DNA of 64,000 nucleotides. Origin: Vulcanimicrobiota bacterium (GTDB lineage: Bacteria; Vulcanimicrobiota; Vulcanimicrobiia; Vulcanimicrobiales; Vulcanimicrobiaceae). Below the pieces are notes generated by a model. The model was given only the letters and a program-made list of their open reading frames with translations, had not been told where the DNA came from and did no database searches. Of the stretch, positions 30,970-41,334 are shown piece after piece (the stretch's first letter is position 1; every line of letters begins with the position of its first letter). The stretch is taken from NCBI GenBank assembly GCA_963812155.1, contig CAWETW010000003.1, positions 672,001-736,000 on the forward strand, given 5' to 3'. Position numbers and translations under genes: made by a program.

Positions 30970-32356
30970 ATGAAATCCGTTGCGTTCGTGAGTTTGGGCT
31001 GTGCCAAGAATCTCGTCGACACCGAAGTGATGCTCGCCAAACTGGGCGGCGCCGGGTGGCGGCTCGAAGGCGACGCGCGCCGGGCCGACGCGGTCGTGAT
31101 CAACACGTGCGCGTTCATCGATCCGGCCAAAGCCGAATCGACGCAGACGATTCTCGAGCACGCCGCAGTCAAACGCGCCGGTCAACGCCTGATCGTTGCC
31201 GGCTGCCTGGCACAGCGGTACGGCGAGCAACTGCAGGCCCTCATTCCGGAAATCGACGGCATCGTCGGTACCGGTGCGTATGCGAGCATTGCCGAACTGC
31301 TCGACGAGATCGAGGCCGGAGCGCGGCCGGTGCGCTTGGACTTCGCGGCCGAACCCGAGCACGACTTTCTGCCGCGTTTGGTAACGACGCCGCGCGCGAC
31401 CGCGTATCTCAAAGATTGCCGAAGGCTGCGACCATCCGTGCACGTTCTGCATCATTCCGTCGTTACGCGGCGCGTTTCGCAGCCGGAGCGAGGAGTCGAT
31501 CGTCAAGGAAGCGCGCGCGCTCGCGTCCGGCGGCGCCAAAGAGCTGATTCTCATCGGGCAAGACACGTCGATGTGGGGACGGGATCGCGGCGTGCGCCGC
31601 GGCGGATTGGCGACGCTGCTGGAGCGGCTGCACGAGGTCGACGGCATCGAGTGGATTCGCCTGCTCTATCTGTATCCGGCGACCGTCGATCGAGAACTCG
31701 TGACCGCAATCGCCGATCTGCCGAAGGTCTGTAAGTACATGGACATGCCGCTGCAGCACGCCCATCCGGACGTGCTGCGCGCGATGCGCCGGCCGGCCAA
31801 CGGCGAGCGCTATCTCGAGATTTTGGCGGACTTTCGCGAGCGCGTTCCCGGCATCACGATGCGCTCGACGTTCATCGTCGGTTTTCCGGGCGAGACGGAA
31901 GAGCACGTCGCGTATTTGGAAGACTGGATCGGGCGAGCCGAACTCGATCGCGCGGGATTCTTCGAGTACAGCGCCGAGGAAGGGACGCCGGCAGCAGCCC
32001 TTCCCGCGCGCGCCGGTGAGCGAGAACGGCGGCGCCGCCTCATTCGTCTGCGTGAGGCGCAGCGCGCGGCTTCCGATCGCGCCCGCTCGCGACGGCTCGG
32101 CAGCAGCGTCCGGGTCCTAGCCGAAGAGCACCGTGCGGTGCGCCGCTCGACGCCTGCGCGCGAACGGCTCGGCGTCACGCGCGCGTGGTTCGGCCGGACG
32201 CAGGGAGAGGCACCGGGCGTGGACGGTGGCGTTTACTTCGGCGATCCATCCGGAGCAGTTCGCGCCGGCGACTTCGTCGACGTCGCGCTCGAGGGTCACG
32301 ACGCGTTCGATTTCTTCGGCCGCGCGGCGTCGCGGGAACCGGTGAGCGTTGGGTAA
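30970..32356 (+). CDS. rimO: ribosomal protein S12 methylthiotransferase RimO (frameshift near 31412)
   Basis: SLGCAKNLVDTE, NTCAFI, AYLK-IAEGC..CTFC across the shift, WIRLLYLYP, RSTFIVGFPGETE, APGVDG TRAM domain. Confidence 0.93.
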
Positions 32357-33761
32357 GCATCTCGCGCCACAAGACGAGCGTACGCGTCGCGCGACGGGCA
32401 CCTGGCGGCTCGTAGCGCTGGTGATTGGCCTGCTGGCGTTAGGCGTTGGTTCGGCCCTGGCCGCATACGGATTTTTCGAACACCGCAATCCGGTCGTTGC
32501 GATCACGCAGATGTTCATTCCCAGCCCGCAGCAGGTTTTCGGGCGATCGAACATTCTTGTGCTGGTCGAAGGCCTCGATTACGATTACACCAACAAAGAC
32601 GAAGAGTTCTCCACCAACTCGCGCAGCGACGTCATCTGGGCCGTGAACCTGGACTTTGCGAACAAGCGTATCTATCAACTGTCGATTCCGCGCGACATGA
32701 TCGCCACGATGCCCAACGGCTCGCAGGCGAAGATCAACCAGGCTCAATCCGACGGCGGGGTCAAAGAAGCGAAAAGCGTCATCGCCCAATTTCTCGGCAT
32801 TCCGGGATTCGACCGATACGTCATCCTGCGCATCGACGCGACCAAAGCATTCGTCAACGCCATCGGCGGCGTCGAGGTCGTCGTCAAGTCTGCGGATTGC
32901 CTGAAGTACAAAACGGGCTGCACCGGCGAGGAACTCGCCTACGACGACTCGTGGGGGCACCTGCACATTCATCTTAAAGAGGGCCCGCAGCATCTCAACG
33001 GCGAGCAGGCGGTCGCGTACATGCGCTTTCGCCACGATTGGTGCAGCGATCCGTGCCGCATCATGCGCCAGCAGCAAGTGCTGCACGCTATGGCGACCAA
33101 ACTGCGCAGCGACAAGATCAACACCTTCATGCACCTCGGGAGTCTCCTGAGCGTTTTCCGGAAGTACGTGCAGACCGATTTCAGCGATCAGGAATTGCTG
33201 GCGCTCGCGGCCGGCTTCGAAGGCATGCCGGACAATGCGATCGTCAACAACCAGGTGCCCTACACGAGCGACATCAATCTTCCGTCGTACGGCGATTCGC
33301 TGGTTCCCGACGTCGAGGCGCGGACGCGGCTGGTGAGTACGATGCTGCTCGCGCCGCCGGCTCCCGAGCCCTCGCCCGATGCGCTGGCACTTGCGGCGAT
33401 CGCGCCGGCAACGCTGCGCGTCGACGTGCAAAACGGCAGCGGCATCAGCGGCGCGGCCCAACGCGTAGCCGCTTCGCTGCGGCGGGCAGGTTTCACGATC
33501 GGCGACGTGAGCAACGCACCGCGCGAGGACTACGCATCCAGCGAAATTCACGAGCACTCAACGATTGCGTTTGCGGGTGCGCGCGTGCGGGCAGCGCTTC
33601 CGCGCGCGATGCAGAAGACCGCCGTCGTACCCGACCCGTCACCACCGGCCGGATCGCCCGATCCGCAATCGAGCCCGACGACGAGCGACGTTACGGTAAT
33701 CGTCGGGACCGATCTCGCCAAAGCACCGCCGGCGCAAGCCGCGGCGCCGCCGGGACGTTGA
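32349..33761 (+). CDS. LCP (LytR-CpsA-Psr) family protein with LytR C-terminal domain
   Basis: TM anchor, NILVLV.GLD, RSDVI, LSIPRD, KINQA, VNAIGGV, LNGEQAVAYMRFRH; C-terminal VQNGSGISGAA. Confidence 0.92.
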   Translation: MGKHLAPQDERTRRATGTWRLVALVIGLLALGVGSALAAYGFFEHRNPVVAITQMFIPSPQQVFGRSNILVLVEGLDYDYTNKDEEFSTNSRSDVIWAVNLDFANKRIYQLSIPRDMIATMPNGSQAKINQAQSDGGVKEAKSVIAQFLGIPGFDRYVILRIDATKAFVNAIGGVEVVVKSADCLKYKTGCTGEELAYDDSWGHLHIHLKEGPQHLNGEQAVAYMRFRHDWCSDPCRIMRQQQVLHAMATKLRSDKINTFMHLGSLLSVFRKYVQTDFSDQELLALAAGFEGMPDNAIVNNQVPYTSDINLPSYGDSLVPDVEARTRLVSTMLLAPPAPEPSPDALALAAIAPATLRVDVQNGSGISGAAQRVAASLRRAGFTIGDVSNAPREDYASSEIHEHSTIAFAGARVRAALPRAMQKTAVVPDPSPPAGSPDPQSSPTTSDVTVIVGTDLAKAPPAQAAAPPGR

Positions 33762-33792
33762 CGGTGGCGTGCTCGGGAATGCGAGGGGTAAC

Positions 33793-34600
33793 GTGAAGAC
33801 CGCGACCGCACTGGTGTTGGCGGCCGGACTGCTGGTTGGCGGATGGCACGAGTTCGAACATCGAAGCAGCATCGCGCCCGCACTGGTCACGCCGCGCATG
33901 AACGTGCATCTCGAGTTTTCCGGCGATCTTCCGTCGCGCGCGTACCGGGTGATGCAGGAACTGCCGACCGAAGACCGCTCTAAACGGCCCGAAATTGATT
34001 GCGCTGACCTTCGACGACGGCCCGTACCCGGTATTCACGCCGATGCTGCTCGACGTCTTGCGCGACGAAGGCGTGCCGGCGACGTTCTTTCTCATCGGCC
34101 GCGACGCGCAGCAGTGGCCGGAAATTACGCGACGCATCGAATCCGACGGCAACGAAATCGCCGACCACACCTACACGCACCCGGATCTCGACAAAGAGGC
34201 GGACGCGACCGTGCGCGCCGAGATTCTGCAGGGCCGCGACGCGTTGTGGACCCTTACGCACGATCCGGGCGTGCGCACGCTGATGCGTCCGCCGCACGGG
34301 CGCTACACCGAGCGCACGCTGCAGATCGCGCAGGACTTAGGGTACTCGGTCGTGCTGTGGACCGACGATAGCGGCGACTGGCGCAGTGTGACGGCGGATC
34401 AAATCGAACGTCATATGCTCGTGCACGCCACCGCACCGGAAATCGTGCTGCTGCACAGCGGAAAACTTGCGACGATCGAAGCCATGCCCAGGGTGATCGA
34501 ACGCTTCGAGCGCGCGGGCTACCGCTTCGTGACGGTGAGCGAGCTGTTGCGCCGCGTCAGCACGACCGAACTCAACCACCCGCTGCGCCGATCGGTATAG
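33793..34600 (+). CDS. polysaccharide deacetylase, NodB domain (frameshift near 33985)
   Basis: IALTFDDGP, ATFFLIG, HTYTHPDL, RPPHG, IVLLH, GYRFVTVSEL; N-terminal anchor in the upstream frame from GTG 33793. Confidence 0.88.
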
Positions 34601-34604
34601 CGCC

Positions 34605-34757
34605 ATCCCGCGTCAGATCATCGACGTCGAAACCAGCCGTCCCGCCTACGTGCGCCGGCGCATCACGACATTTATCGCGGTCCTGGTGGTCGTCGTCGCC
34701 CTGGCGGCAGCCGGCTGGCTGATATGGGGCCATCATCCAGGAAACTTAGCGCACTAG
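34605..34757 (+). CDS. putative small single-pass membrane protein (start uncertain; nearest canonical start GTG 34649)
   Basis: Frame reads ..PRQIIDVETSRPAYVRRRITTFIAVLVVVVALAAAGWLIWGHHPGNLAH* with GC3-rich codons, a basic patch and then a TM helix. Confidence 0.5.
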   Translation: MPRQIIDVETSRPAYVRRRITTFIAVLVVVVALAAAGWLIWGHHPGNLAH

Positions 34758-34804
34758 GGGAACCTGGGACCGGTTCCGGTCGTGCGCATATCCAAGGAGA
34801 GAAA

Positions 34805-35956
34805 ATGCTTCCCAGGCTGACCATAGGTTTCATCGTGCTGGCCGCGGCGATCGCGATTGCCGCGTGCAGTTCGTATGGCAGCGCCATCGTCAACGTCGGA
34901 CCGAACTTTCCGGCGATGACGCTCTATGCGGCCAACAGCAATCAAAACGCGATCGGCATTTACAATAAAGGTCAGAAGAGCGGAACGGGACCCGCGTTCG
35001 AGATCGGCGGTTCGAGCACCACGCTCAACGGACCGCAATATCTCGCGTTCGATACGGCGCACAACCTCTGGGTCACGAACTTCAATTCGTCGACGAACCA
35101 GGCGCTCCTCATTGAATTCGAGGCGCTGGCGACGGGCAGCGTCCTTCCGTTGCAGTCGGTCGCACTCGCCGGGCGGTTGCGCGGAATCGCGATTTCATCC
35201 AAAGCGGCGTCGAAGAACGCCGCGTTGATGATCATCGCCGACGTCATTCCGACGGCTACGTATCCCAGTCAAATCTTGCTCTTTTCAGCGGGAAGCACGT
35301 CGCCGTTTCAAGAGATCGCCGGTCCGAAGCCGGGGCTGCGCGTGCCCGGCGGCGTCGCGCTCGACAGCGAGAATAATATTTACGTGACCAACCTTCAAGG
35401 GCGTTCGGTCGCGGAGTTCATTCTGCCGACACCCTCGCCGACGCCGAGCGGCTCGCCGACGCCGACGCCCAAGCCCACCCCGACTCCGACCGGCTCGCCG
35501 TCGTCGTCGCCAACCCCGTCGCCGACTCCCACGCCGGTGAATATCCGCCCGAGGTTCACGATCATTGGTCCGAACACGGGCGTCGTGACGCCGGCGGGCG
35601 TCGATGTCGACAGTAACGGCAACATCTACGTCGCCGAGCAAGGCCAGCTGGGCAAACCCCATTCGGCTGCCGTATTGGTCTTCGCGAAGCCGTCGGCGAA
35701 GAACCCCGGGACGATCCTCAACGTGAAACCGATTCGCAAGATTCAGGGTCCCAACACGTTGCTGACGACGCCGACCGATGTGAAGGTTGATTCGAGCACG
35801 GGATTGATTTACGTGGCCGACTCCAGGACGATTTTGGTGTTTAAGATCGACGCGAGCGGCAACGTTGCGCCGTTTGCGACGTATACGTCTCCGGGCGCGC
35901 TGACTGGACTCGGCCTGGTTCCAGGGCCGGCGCCGTCGACGAGTGCGTCGCCTTAA
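34805..35956 (+). CDS. NHL/beta-propeller repeat lipoprotein with Pro/Thr/Ser linker
   Basis: AAGGAG RBS, lipobox IAAC, repeats PQYLAFD, PGGVALD, PAGVDVD and PTDVKVD. Confidence 0.8.
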   Translation: MLPRLTIGFIVLAAAIAIAACSSYGSAIVNVGPNFPAMTLYAANSNQNAIGIYNKGQKSGTGPAFEIGGSSTTLNGPQYLAFDTAHNLWVTNFNSSTNQALLIEFEALATGSVLPLQSVALAGRLRGIAISSKAASKNAALMIIADVIPTATYPSQILLFSAGSTSPFQEIAGPKPGLRVPGGVALDSENNIYVTNLQGRSVAEFILPTPSPTPSGSPTPTPKPTPTPTGSPSSSPTPSPTPTPVNIRPRFTIIGPNTGVVTPAGVDVDSNGNIYVAEQGQLGKPHSAAVLVFAKPSAKNPGTILNVKPIRKIQGPNTLLTTPTDVKVDSSTGLIYVADSRTILVFKIDASGNVAPFATYTSPGALTGLGLVPGPAPSTSASP

Positions 35957-35974
35957 ACCCCGTTAGGGAACCCA

Positions 35975-38623
35975 ATGTCGTTTATCAAAGCAATTTTCGA
36001 CGGAAACGAACGTGAAGTAGCGCGGCTGCGGCGAACCGCCACGGCCGTCAACACGTTCGAGTCGAACATGGCCGCGCTCTCCGACGAGCAGCTGCGCGCC
36101 AAAACACAAGAGTTTCGCGATCGCCTCGCGGCCGATGAAGATCTCGACGCGATGTTGCCCGAGGTGTTTGCCGTCGTGCGTGAGGCCGGCAAGCGTACGC
36201 TCGGCATGCGCCACTTCGACGTTCAGATCATGGGCGGACAGGTGCTCTACGAGGGGCGCATTGCCGAGATGAAGACCGGCGAAGGCAAGACGCTCGTTGC
36301 GACGCTGCCCGTCTACGCGCGTGCACTCGAAGGACGCGGCGTGACGGTCGTCACCGTGAACGACTACCTCGCGCGGCGCGATGCCGAATGGATGGGACCG
36401 CTCTACGAATCGTTGGGGCTGACCATCGGTGTGATTCAACACGGTCTCGACTCCGCGCAGCGCCGCGCCGCCTACAACTGCGACGTCACCTACGTCACGA
36501 ACAACGAAGTCGGCTTCGACTATCTGCGCGACAACATGGCGTGGCAAGTGGAAGACCTCGTGCAGCGCGAGCTGTACTTTGCGCTGGTCGACGAGGTCGA
36601 CTCGATTTTGGTCGACGAAGCGCGAACGCCGCTGATTATCAGCGGGCCGTCGCAAGAGTCGGGCGAGCTGTACGACAAGTTCGCGCAGATCTTGCCGCGG
36701 CTGAAGAAGGACGAAGATTATACCGTCGATCAGAAGGCGCACGCCGTGCCGATTATGGAAGCCGGCGTCGCCAAGGTCGAGAAAATGCTCGGCGTCACCA
36801 ATCTGTACGACCAGCGCAACATCGAACTGGCGCATCAACTCAACGCCGCACTGAAGGCGTGGAACCTGTTCCATCGCGACCAGCAGTATATCGTCAAGGA
36901 CGGTGAAGTGATCATCGTCGACGAGTTCACCGGCCGCTTGATGTACGGCCGGCGCTACTCCGACGGCATTCATCAGGCGATCGAGGCGAAGGAAGGCATC
37001 AAAGTTCGCGGCGAGGATCAGACGCTGGCGACGATCACCTTCCAGAACCTTTTCCGCCTCTACGAACACCTGGCCGGTATGACGGGCACGGCAAAGACGG
37101 AGGAGCGCGAGTTCCGCGACATTTACGGATTGGACGTTGTCGTCGTGCCCACGAACATGCCGATGATTCGCAAAGATAGCTCCGACATCGTCTACAAGTC
37201 GGAAAAAGCAAAGTTCGACGCCGTCGTCAACGAGATCATCGCCGAACATCATAAGGGGCGTCCGGTGCTGGTCGGCACGCGCTCGATCGAAAAGAGCGAG
37301 CTGCTGGCGGCGATGTTGCGCCGGCAAGGCGTCGAGTGCAACGTGCTCAACGCGAAATACCACGAGCAAGAAGCCGAGATCATCAAAGACGCCGGGCAAG
37401 AAAGCCAGGTGACGATCGCCACCAACATGGCGGGCCGCGGCACCGACATCAAACTCGGCGCGACCGTGCCGGGCAACGGCGGCTTGCACATTATTGGAAC
37501 GGAACGCCACGAATCGCGGCGGATCGACAACCAGTTACGTGGACGCTCGGGCCGCCAAGGAGACCCCGGATCGTCGCGGTTCTACATCTCGCTGGAAGAT
37601 GAGGTCATGCGCCTGTTCGGCGGCGAGCGCATGACGTCGATCATGGACCGGGTCGGGTTCACCGACGAACAGCCAATCGAATCCGGTTTGGTCACGAAGT
37701 CGATCGAGCGCGCGCAGAGTAAGGTCGAAAATCACAACTACGAGATTCGCAAGCACGTACTCGAGTACGACGACGTGATGAACAAGCAGCGTACGGTGAT
37801 TTACGGCGACCGGCGCGCAATTTTGGAAGGCAAGTTCGACTCGCGGACGTTCATGCTGCAGACGCTCGCGGCAAAAGTCGACGAGGCGGTCGAGCAAAAT
37901 GCGCCCGAGAACGTGCACCCGAGCGAGTGGGATCCCGCCGAGATGCTCGAGCAGCTCGACCTAATTTTTCCGATCAAACGAGATATGTCGGCAACGGATC
38001 TGGAGCAGAAGGATCGCGAGGAGATTCGGCGCGTCCTCCAGGCCAAAGCCAGGGCGGCGTACGAGGCGAAGGAGGCGGAGGTTACGCCCGACATACTGCG
38101 GATGGTCGAGCAGCGCTATTTGCTGCTGCCGATCATCGACCGCCAGTGGGTCGATCACTTGTACGTGATGGACCATCTGAAAACGGGCATCGGCTTACGC
38201 GGTTACGGGCAGAAAGATCCGCGCGTCGAATATGAAAAAGAAGCCTTCGAAATTTTCGAATCGCTGAAGAACAACATTGCGGATGAGGCGATCAAGGGCG
38301 TGTTCCGCGTCGTGATCGAGCAAGGTCCGCCGCCATCCGAACTCGTGCCATACCAAACGGGACCGCAGTTCCAGCAGATCCCGTCGGGCGAACTGATTCC
38401 GCAGCCGGCGCAAACGCAGGGGCGGCTCGGTCCACAGGAAGTCGAGCAGCTTCTCGGGCCGATGCCGGGTACGGATCGGCGTACGCAGCAGTTGCACACG
38501 AATAAAGATGATGAATCGGGTGCGAAGCCCGTTCAACGCGACGCACCCAAAGTCGGACGCAACGAAATGTGCCCCTGCGGCAGCGGTAAGAAGTATAAAA
38601 AATGCCACGGCACCGCAGCATAG
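35975..38623 (+). CDS. secA: preprotein translocase ATPase SecA
   Basis: [75 protein letters not shown]. Confidence 0.99.
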   Translation: MSFIKAIFDGNEREVARLRRTATAVNTFESNMAALSDEQLRAKTQEFRDRLAADEDLDAMLPEVFAVVREAGKRTLGMRHFDVQIMGGQVLYEGRIAEMKTGEGKTLVATLPVYARALEGRGVTVVTVNDYLARRDAEWMGPLYESLGLTIGVIQHGLDSAQRRAAYNCDVTYVTNNEVGFDYLRDNMAWQVEDLVQRELYFALVDEVDSILVDEARTPLIISGPSQESGELYDKFAQILPRLKKDEDYTVDQKAHAVPIMEAGVAKVEKMLGVTNLYDQRNIELAHQLNAALKAWNLFHRDQQYIVKDGEVIIVDEFTGRLMYGRRYSDGIHQAIEAKEGIKVRGEDQTLATITFQNLFRLYEHLAGMTGTAKTEEREFRDIYGLDVVVVPTNMPMIRKDSSDIVYKSEKAKFDAVVNEIIAEHHKGRPVLVGTRSIEKSELLAAMLRRQGVECNVLNAKYHEQEAEIIKDAGQESQVTIATNMAGRGTDIKLGATVPGNGGLHIIGTERHESRRIDNQLRGRSGRQGDPGSSRFYISLEDEVMRLFGGERMTSIMDRVGFTDEQPIESGLVTKSIERAQSKVENHNYEIRKHVLEYDDVMNKQRTVIYGDRRAILEGKFDSRTFMLQTLAAKVDEAVEQNAPENVHPSEWDPAEMLEQLDLIFPIKRDMSATDLEQKDREEIRRVLQAKARAAYEAKEAEVTPDILRMVEQRYLLLPIIDRQWVDHLYVMDHLKTGIGLRGYGQKDPRVEYEKEAFEIFESLKNNIADEAIKGVFRVVIEQGPPPSELVPYQTGPQFQQIPSGELIPQPAQTQGRLGPQEVEQLLGPMPGTDRRTQQLHTNKDDESGAKPVQRDAPKVGRNEMCPCGSGKKYKKCHGTAA

Positions 38624-38689
38624 TGGGCATAGAGGTTAAGGGGTCAATTGCGGGCCCCCACACGACAAGCGCCGCGATCCGGGCTCGGG

Positions 38690-38829
38690 GCGAAAACCCT
38701 TATAGAATAAGGGTTTTTCCGCATATCGCGCGATCGGCCGGCCTCGCGCGCGGCTCGTGCAAAGTTTGCAATTGCGTTTGCAAAACTCGCGAAGTGTCGA
38801 AAACGATATATGGTATAAGGGTTTTTCGC
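38690..38829. repeat. palindromic/att-like repeat structure downstream of secA
   Basis: aaaacccttat-aga-ataagggtttt palindrome; degenerate second copy at about 38798-38829; TGCAA repeats between them. Confidence 0.6.
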
Positions 38830-38888
38830 TATGCCGTCCGATGCATGGTCGTGCCGATGCATCGAGGTGTGCAGGGCCATGTTCGGAG

Positions 38889-38944
38889 GCGAGGCGCTCG
38901 CGTCTGCAATGGCGCCGCGATCGGTGGCGTGGCTGCGGGGTGGC
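38889..38944 (+). repeat. 56-bp inverted repeat, left copy
   Basis: 49/56 identical to the reverse complement of 43005-43060, including 29 contiguous identities. Confidence 0.85.
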
Positions 38945-38959
38945 CTGTCCTAGACAAGT

Positions 38960-40072
38960 TTAGCGGCTGACTTGTAGGATAGAAAACGGCCAGCTTAGAC
39001 CGAACCACAAGGTTTCCGCGGCGTCGATCCCGACCGACTGGGATATGAAAGCACTGAAAGGCATCACGATTGACGTGACGCGCACGTGCCCTAGGTACTG
39101 CTCGCACCTGAGACGACGGGGACGTGCCTTCGGAAGCGAATTGTACGATCCGAATCCGCAAAGCCACACGGAGCCATCCGGGGCCGAGCCTGCTGCGTCT
39201 ACAGCGACCGTGAACGGCATGTCGTGGAACTGCCGTCGGCCATCCATGTAACCGACATCTCTGAGTTCCCCCAGCTTCCAGCCGCCGCCTGATAATGCGT
39301 ACCACAGTCGGTTCGAACGGTCGCAAGTTACCACCGTAGAATCCGTTTGAGCGAATATAGAGAATTTACTAATAAGAGATACACGCAAGTTTGGCATCGT
39401 CACAGCGTAGAGTCCGCTGAGCCCGTAACGGGCGTTGCCTGTACCTCCGTAACTATTCGGAATGATGTCAACGAAAAAGTACATGGTGTCGCCGCAGAGC
39501 GTGAGGTGCGCAGGGGTGCTCGTATCGAAGTCAAATCGGCGGCGTTCGATCACAGTTCCCGCCGGAGTGCGCACGCCGAGCGACGAGCGCCCATCGTCGA
39601 TGAACCATAGGTTTCCGCGAGCGTCGAATGCCAGGTCGCCGATGTCTGGAGACTCTGCGCGCTGAATGAGAACCTCAGTGCGCATCTTGCCCTCGTCGCT
39701 GATAGTACCAATGCGTCCGCTTTGTCCCAAGGAGAACCAAACTCGCCCGCGCTGATCGCGCGTAATCAACCGGATCTCCCCGGCCTGTTCCGGAATTGAA
39801 AAGGAGCGCATCATGCCATTCGCGTTGATATGCTCAACCGTCTGCCTTTGAGCGAACCAGACCCCTCCGTGACCATCTGGCGTGATATCGAGGATGTCGC
39901 CATAACCATGTGGCGTGTAGTTAGTCGCCCATCGCTGCGCCGTTGGCCAATACTTGGGTACCGCGCTGTGCCCACCGGGAGGCGGATAATCAGCCAATCC
40001 CGCTGTCGTAGTGACGGCGATCGCGAACAGCAGTGCACCGCCGAATCGCAGGAGAGTCAGAACCTTTGGCAT
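38960..40072 (-). CDS. secreted Vgb/streptogramin-lyase-like beta-propeller protein
   Basis: Signal peptide; repeats DGHGGVWF, DQRGRVWF, DARGNLWF, APDGSVW and DAAETLWF. Confidence 0.7.
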   Translation of the reverse strand: MPKVLTLLRFGGALLFAIAVTTTAGLADYPPPGGHSAVPKYWPTAQRWATNYTPHGYGDILDITPDGHGGVWFAQRQTVEHINANGMMRSFSIPEQAGEIRLITRDQRGRVWFSLGQSGRIGTISDEGKMRTEVLIQRAESPDIGDLAFDARGNLWFIDDGRSSLGVRTPAGTVIERRRFDFDTSTPAHLTLCGDTMYFFVDIIPNSYGGTGNARYGLSGLYAVTMPNLRVSLISKFSIFAQTDSTVVTCDRSNRLWYALSGGGWKLGELRDVGYMDGRRQFHDMPFTVAVDAAGSAPDGSVWLCGFGSYNSLPKARPRRLRCEQYLGHVRVTSIVMPFSAFISQSVGIDAAETLWFGLSWPFSILQVSR

Positions 40073-40393
40073 TCTTAATTCACTCTTCGAAGTGTAGCAC
40101 CCGAAGCTCCGTGCCCGGTTAAGGGGTCCTCTCAACGGTAAGAGGGCAGCTGGAGGTGGCGGCGGTGGCTCGGGATTTGCCGAACCGAGCGTGACTTACG
40201 TCAGTAATATTTTAGGCGGCGGCGGTACCGGCCCAAGTAGATCGTCATTTCCTGGTAGACGTTTACAAAACGTTAGCAGAGCAACTCCCGTTCTCTGATA
40301 AATGCGAAAAATGTATCCCAACGCCTCGGATGCGGGACGGTTGTTCCGGCGCGAATCCGCGAGCAGGCCGCGAGCGACAGTTCCGTAGCCTTT

Positions 40394-41065
40394 GTGATCT
40401 CTGCGCTTGGGGACGCCCGAGGATCCTCACAACTAGCGCCGTTCAAAGAACGCTTTGATCCTTCGGCGAGACTTCTCAACGTCAATGGCTCGCTCTATGG
40501 AACGACAGCTCAGGGAGGCGCAAATTACGGCGGTACGGTTTTCAGCATCGCGCCGGATGGCACCGAAAAAGTGCTGCACAGTTTTGACTATAACTACTCC
40601 TTTCCGCAAACCGGCGGCTCCATACCCAAAGCGGGCCTGACCAACGTCAAAGGCACGCTCTACGGTACGACTGCTACAGGTGGCGCGAACGACTGCGGCG
40701 GCGACGATTTTTGCGGCACGGTATTTAGCATTACGACAAGCGGCATGTTCAAAGTAATGTATAGTTTCGGCACAGGATCGGGCGACGGCAGTTTCCCTCA
40801 AGCAGCGTTGCTGAATGTCGATGGTACGCTCTACGGCACCACCTACGCCGGAGGTGGCAGCAAGTGCTACATCCTCATCACTACTTCCGGCGTGGAAACC
40901 GTTCTCTACAGGTTCAAAGGCGGGACAGATGGTGCTCACCCCGGAGCGAGTTTGACCGAAGTGAGCGGTGTACTTTACGGCAGCACTGAGTGGGGTGGCG
41001 AGGGTGCGTGCACAGCCCCCTACGGTTACACTGGGTGTGGTACCATTTTCAAAGTGACGCCGTGA
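40394..41065 (+). pseudogene. GloVer-type tandem-repeat (LYGTT/GTVF) protein, N-terminally truncated remnant
   Basis: Four LYG[TS]T..GG...GTVF repeats; no signal peptide or RBS; third repeat lacks its GTVF segment. Confidence 0.65.
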
Positions 41066-41334
41066 TGCCGCGCGAGCGCACAATCGGGTAACAAACACGC
41101 TCGGCTCACGTTTCGTCGCGTCAGCGAAGAATGCAACGCGCCCTAGGGGCCGAACCTTTCCTCATAATTACTGGACATGATGCACGTGGTAATGATGCAA
41201 TCGCATTCCGATTTCGCACTTTCCCGAATGGATCGATGCTAACGATGGTCTCCATAAGAGGATTGGGTCCTTTAGCGGCGTTGAACCGATTATTGGCGCT
41301 GATCACGCCCGGCCGCACGACGGTCGACAGGACG

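Noticed and set aside
28555..32356. Programmed frameshifting or pseudogenisation of mnmA, rodZ, yajQ and rimO
   Set aside because: Irregular clustered indels without slippery motifs or nonsense codons; sequencing error is simpler
35420..35540. Tandem ccgacg-like DNA repeats
   Set aside because: Encode the Pro/Thr linker of the lipoprotein
38640..38680. GGGGTC start resembling a Tn3-family IR
   Set aside because: Similarity stops after 6 nt and no partner end was found
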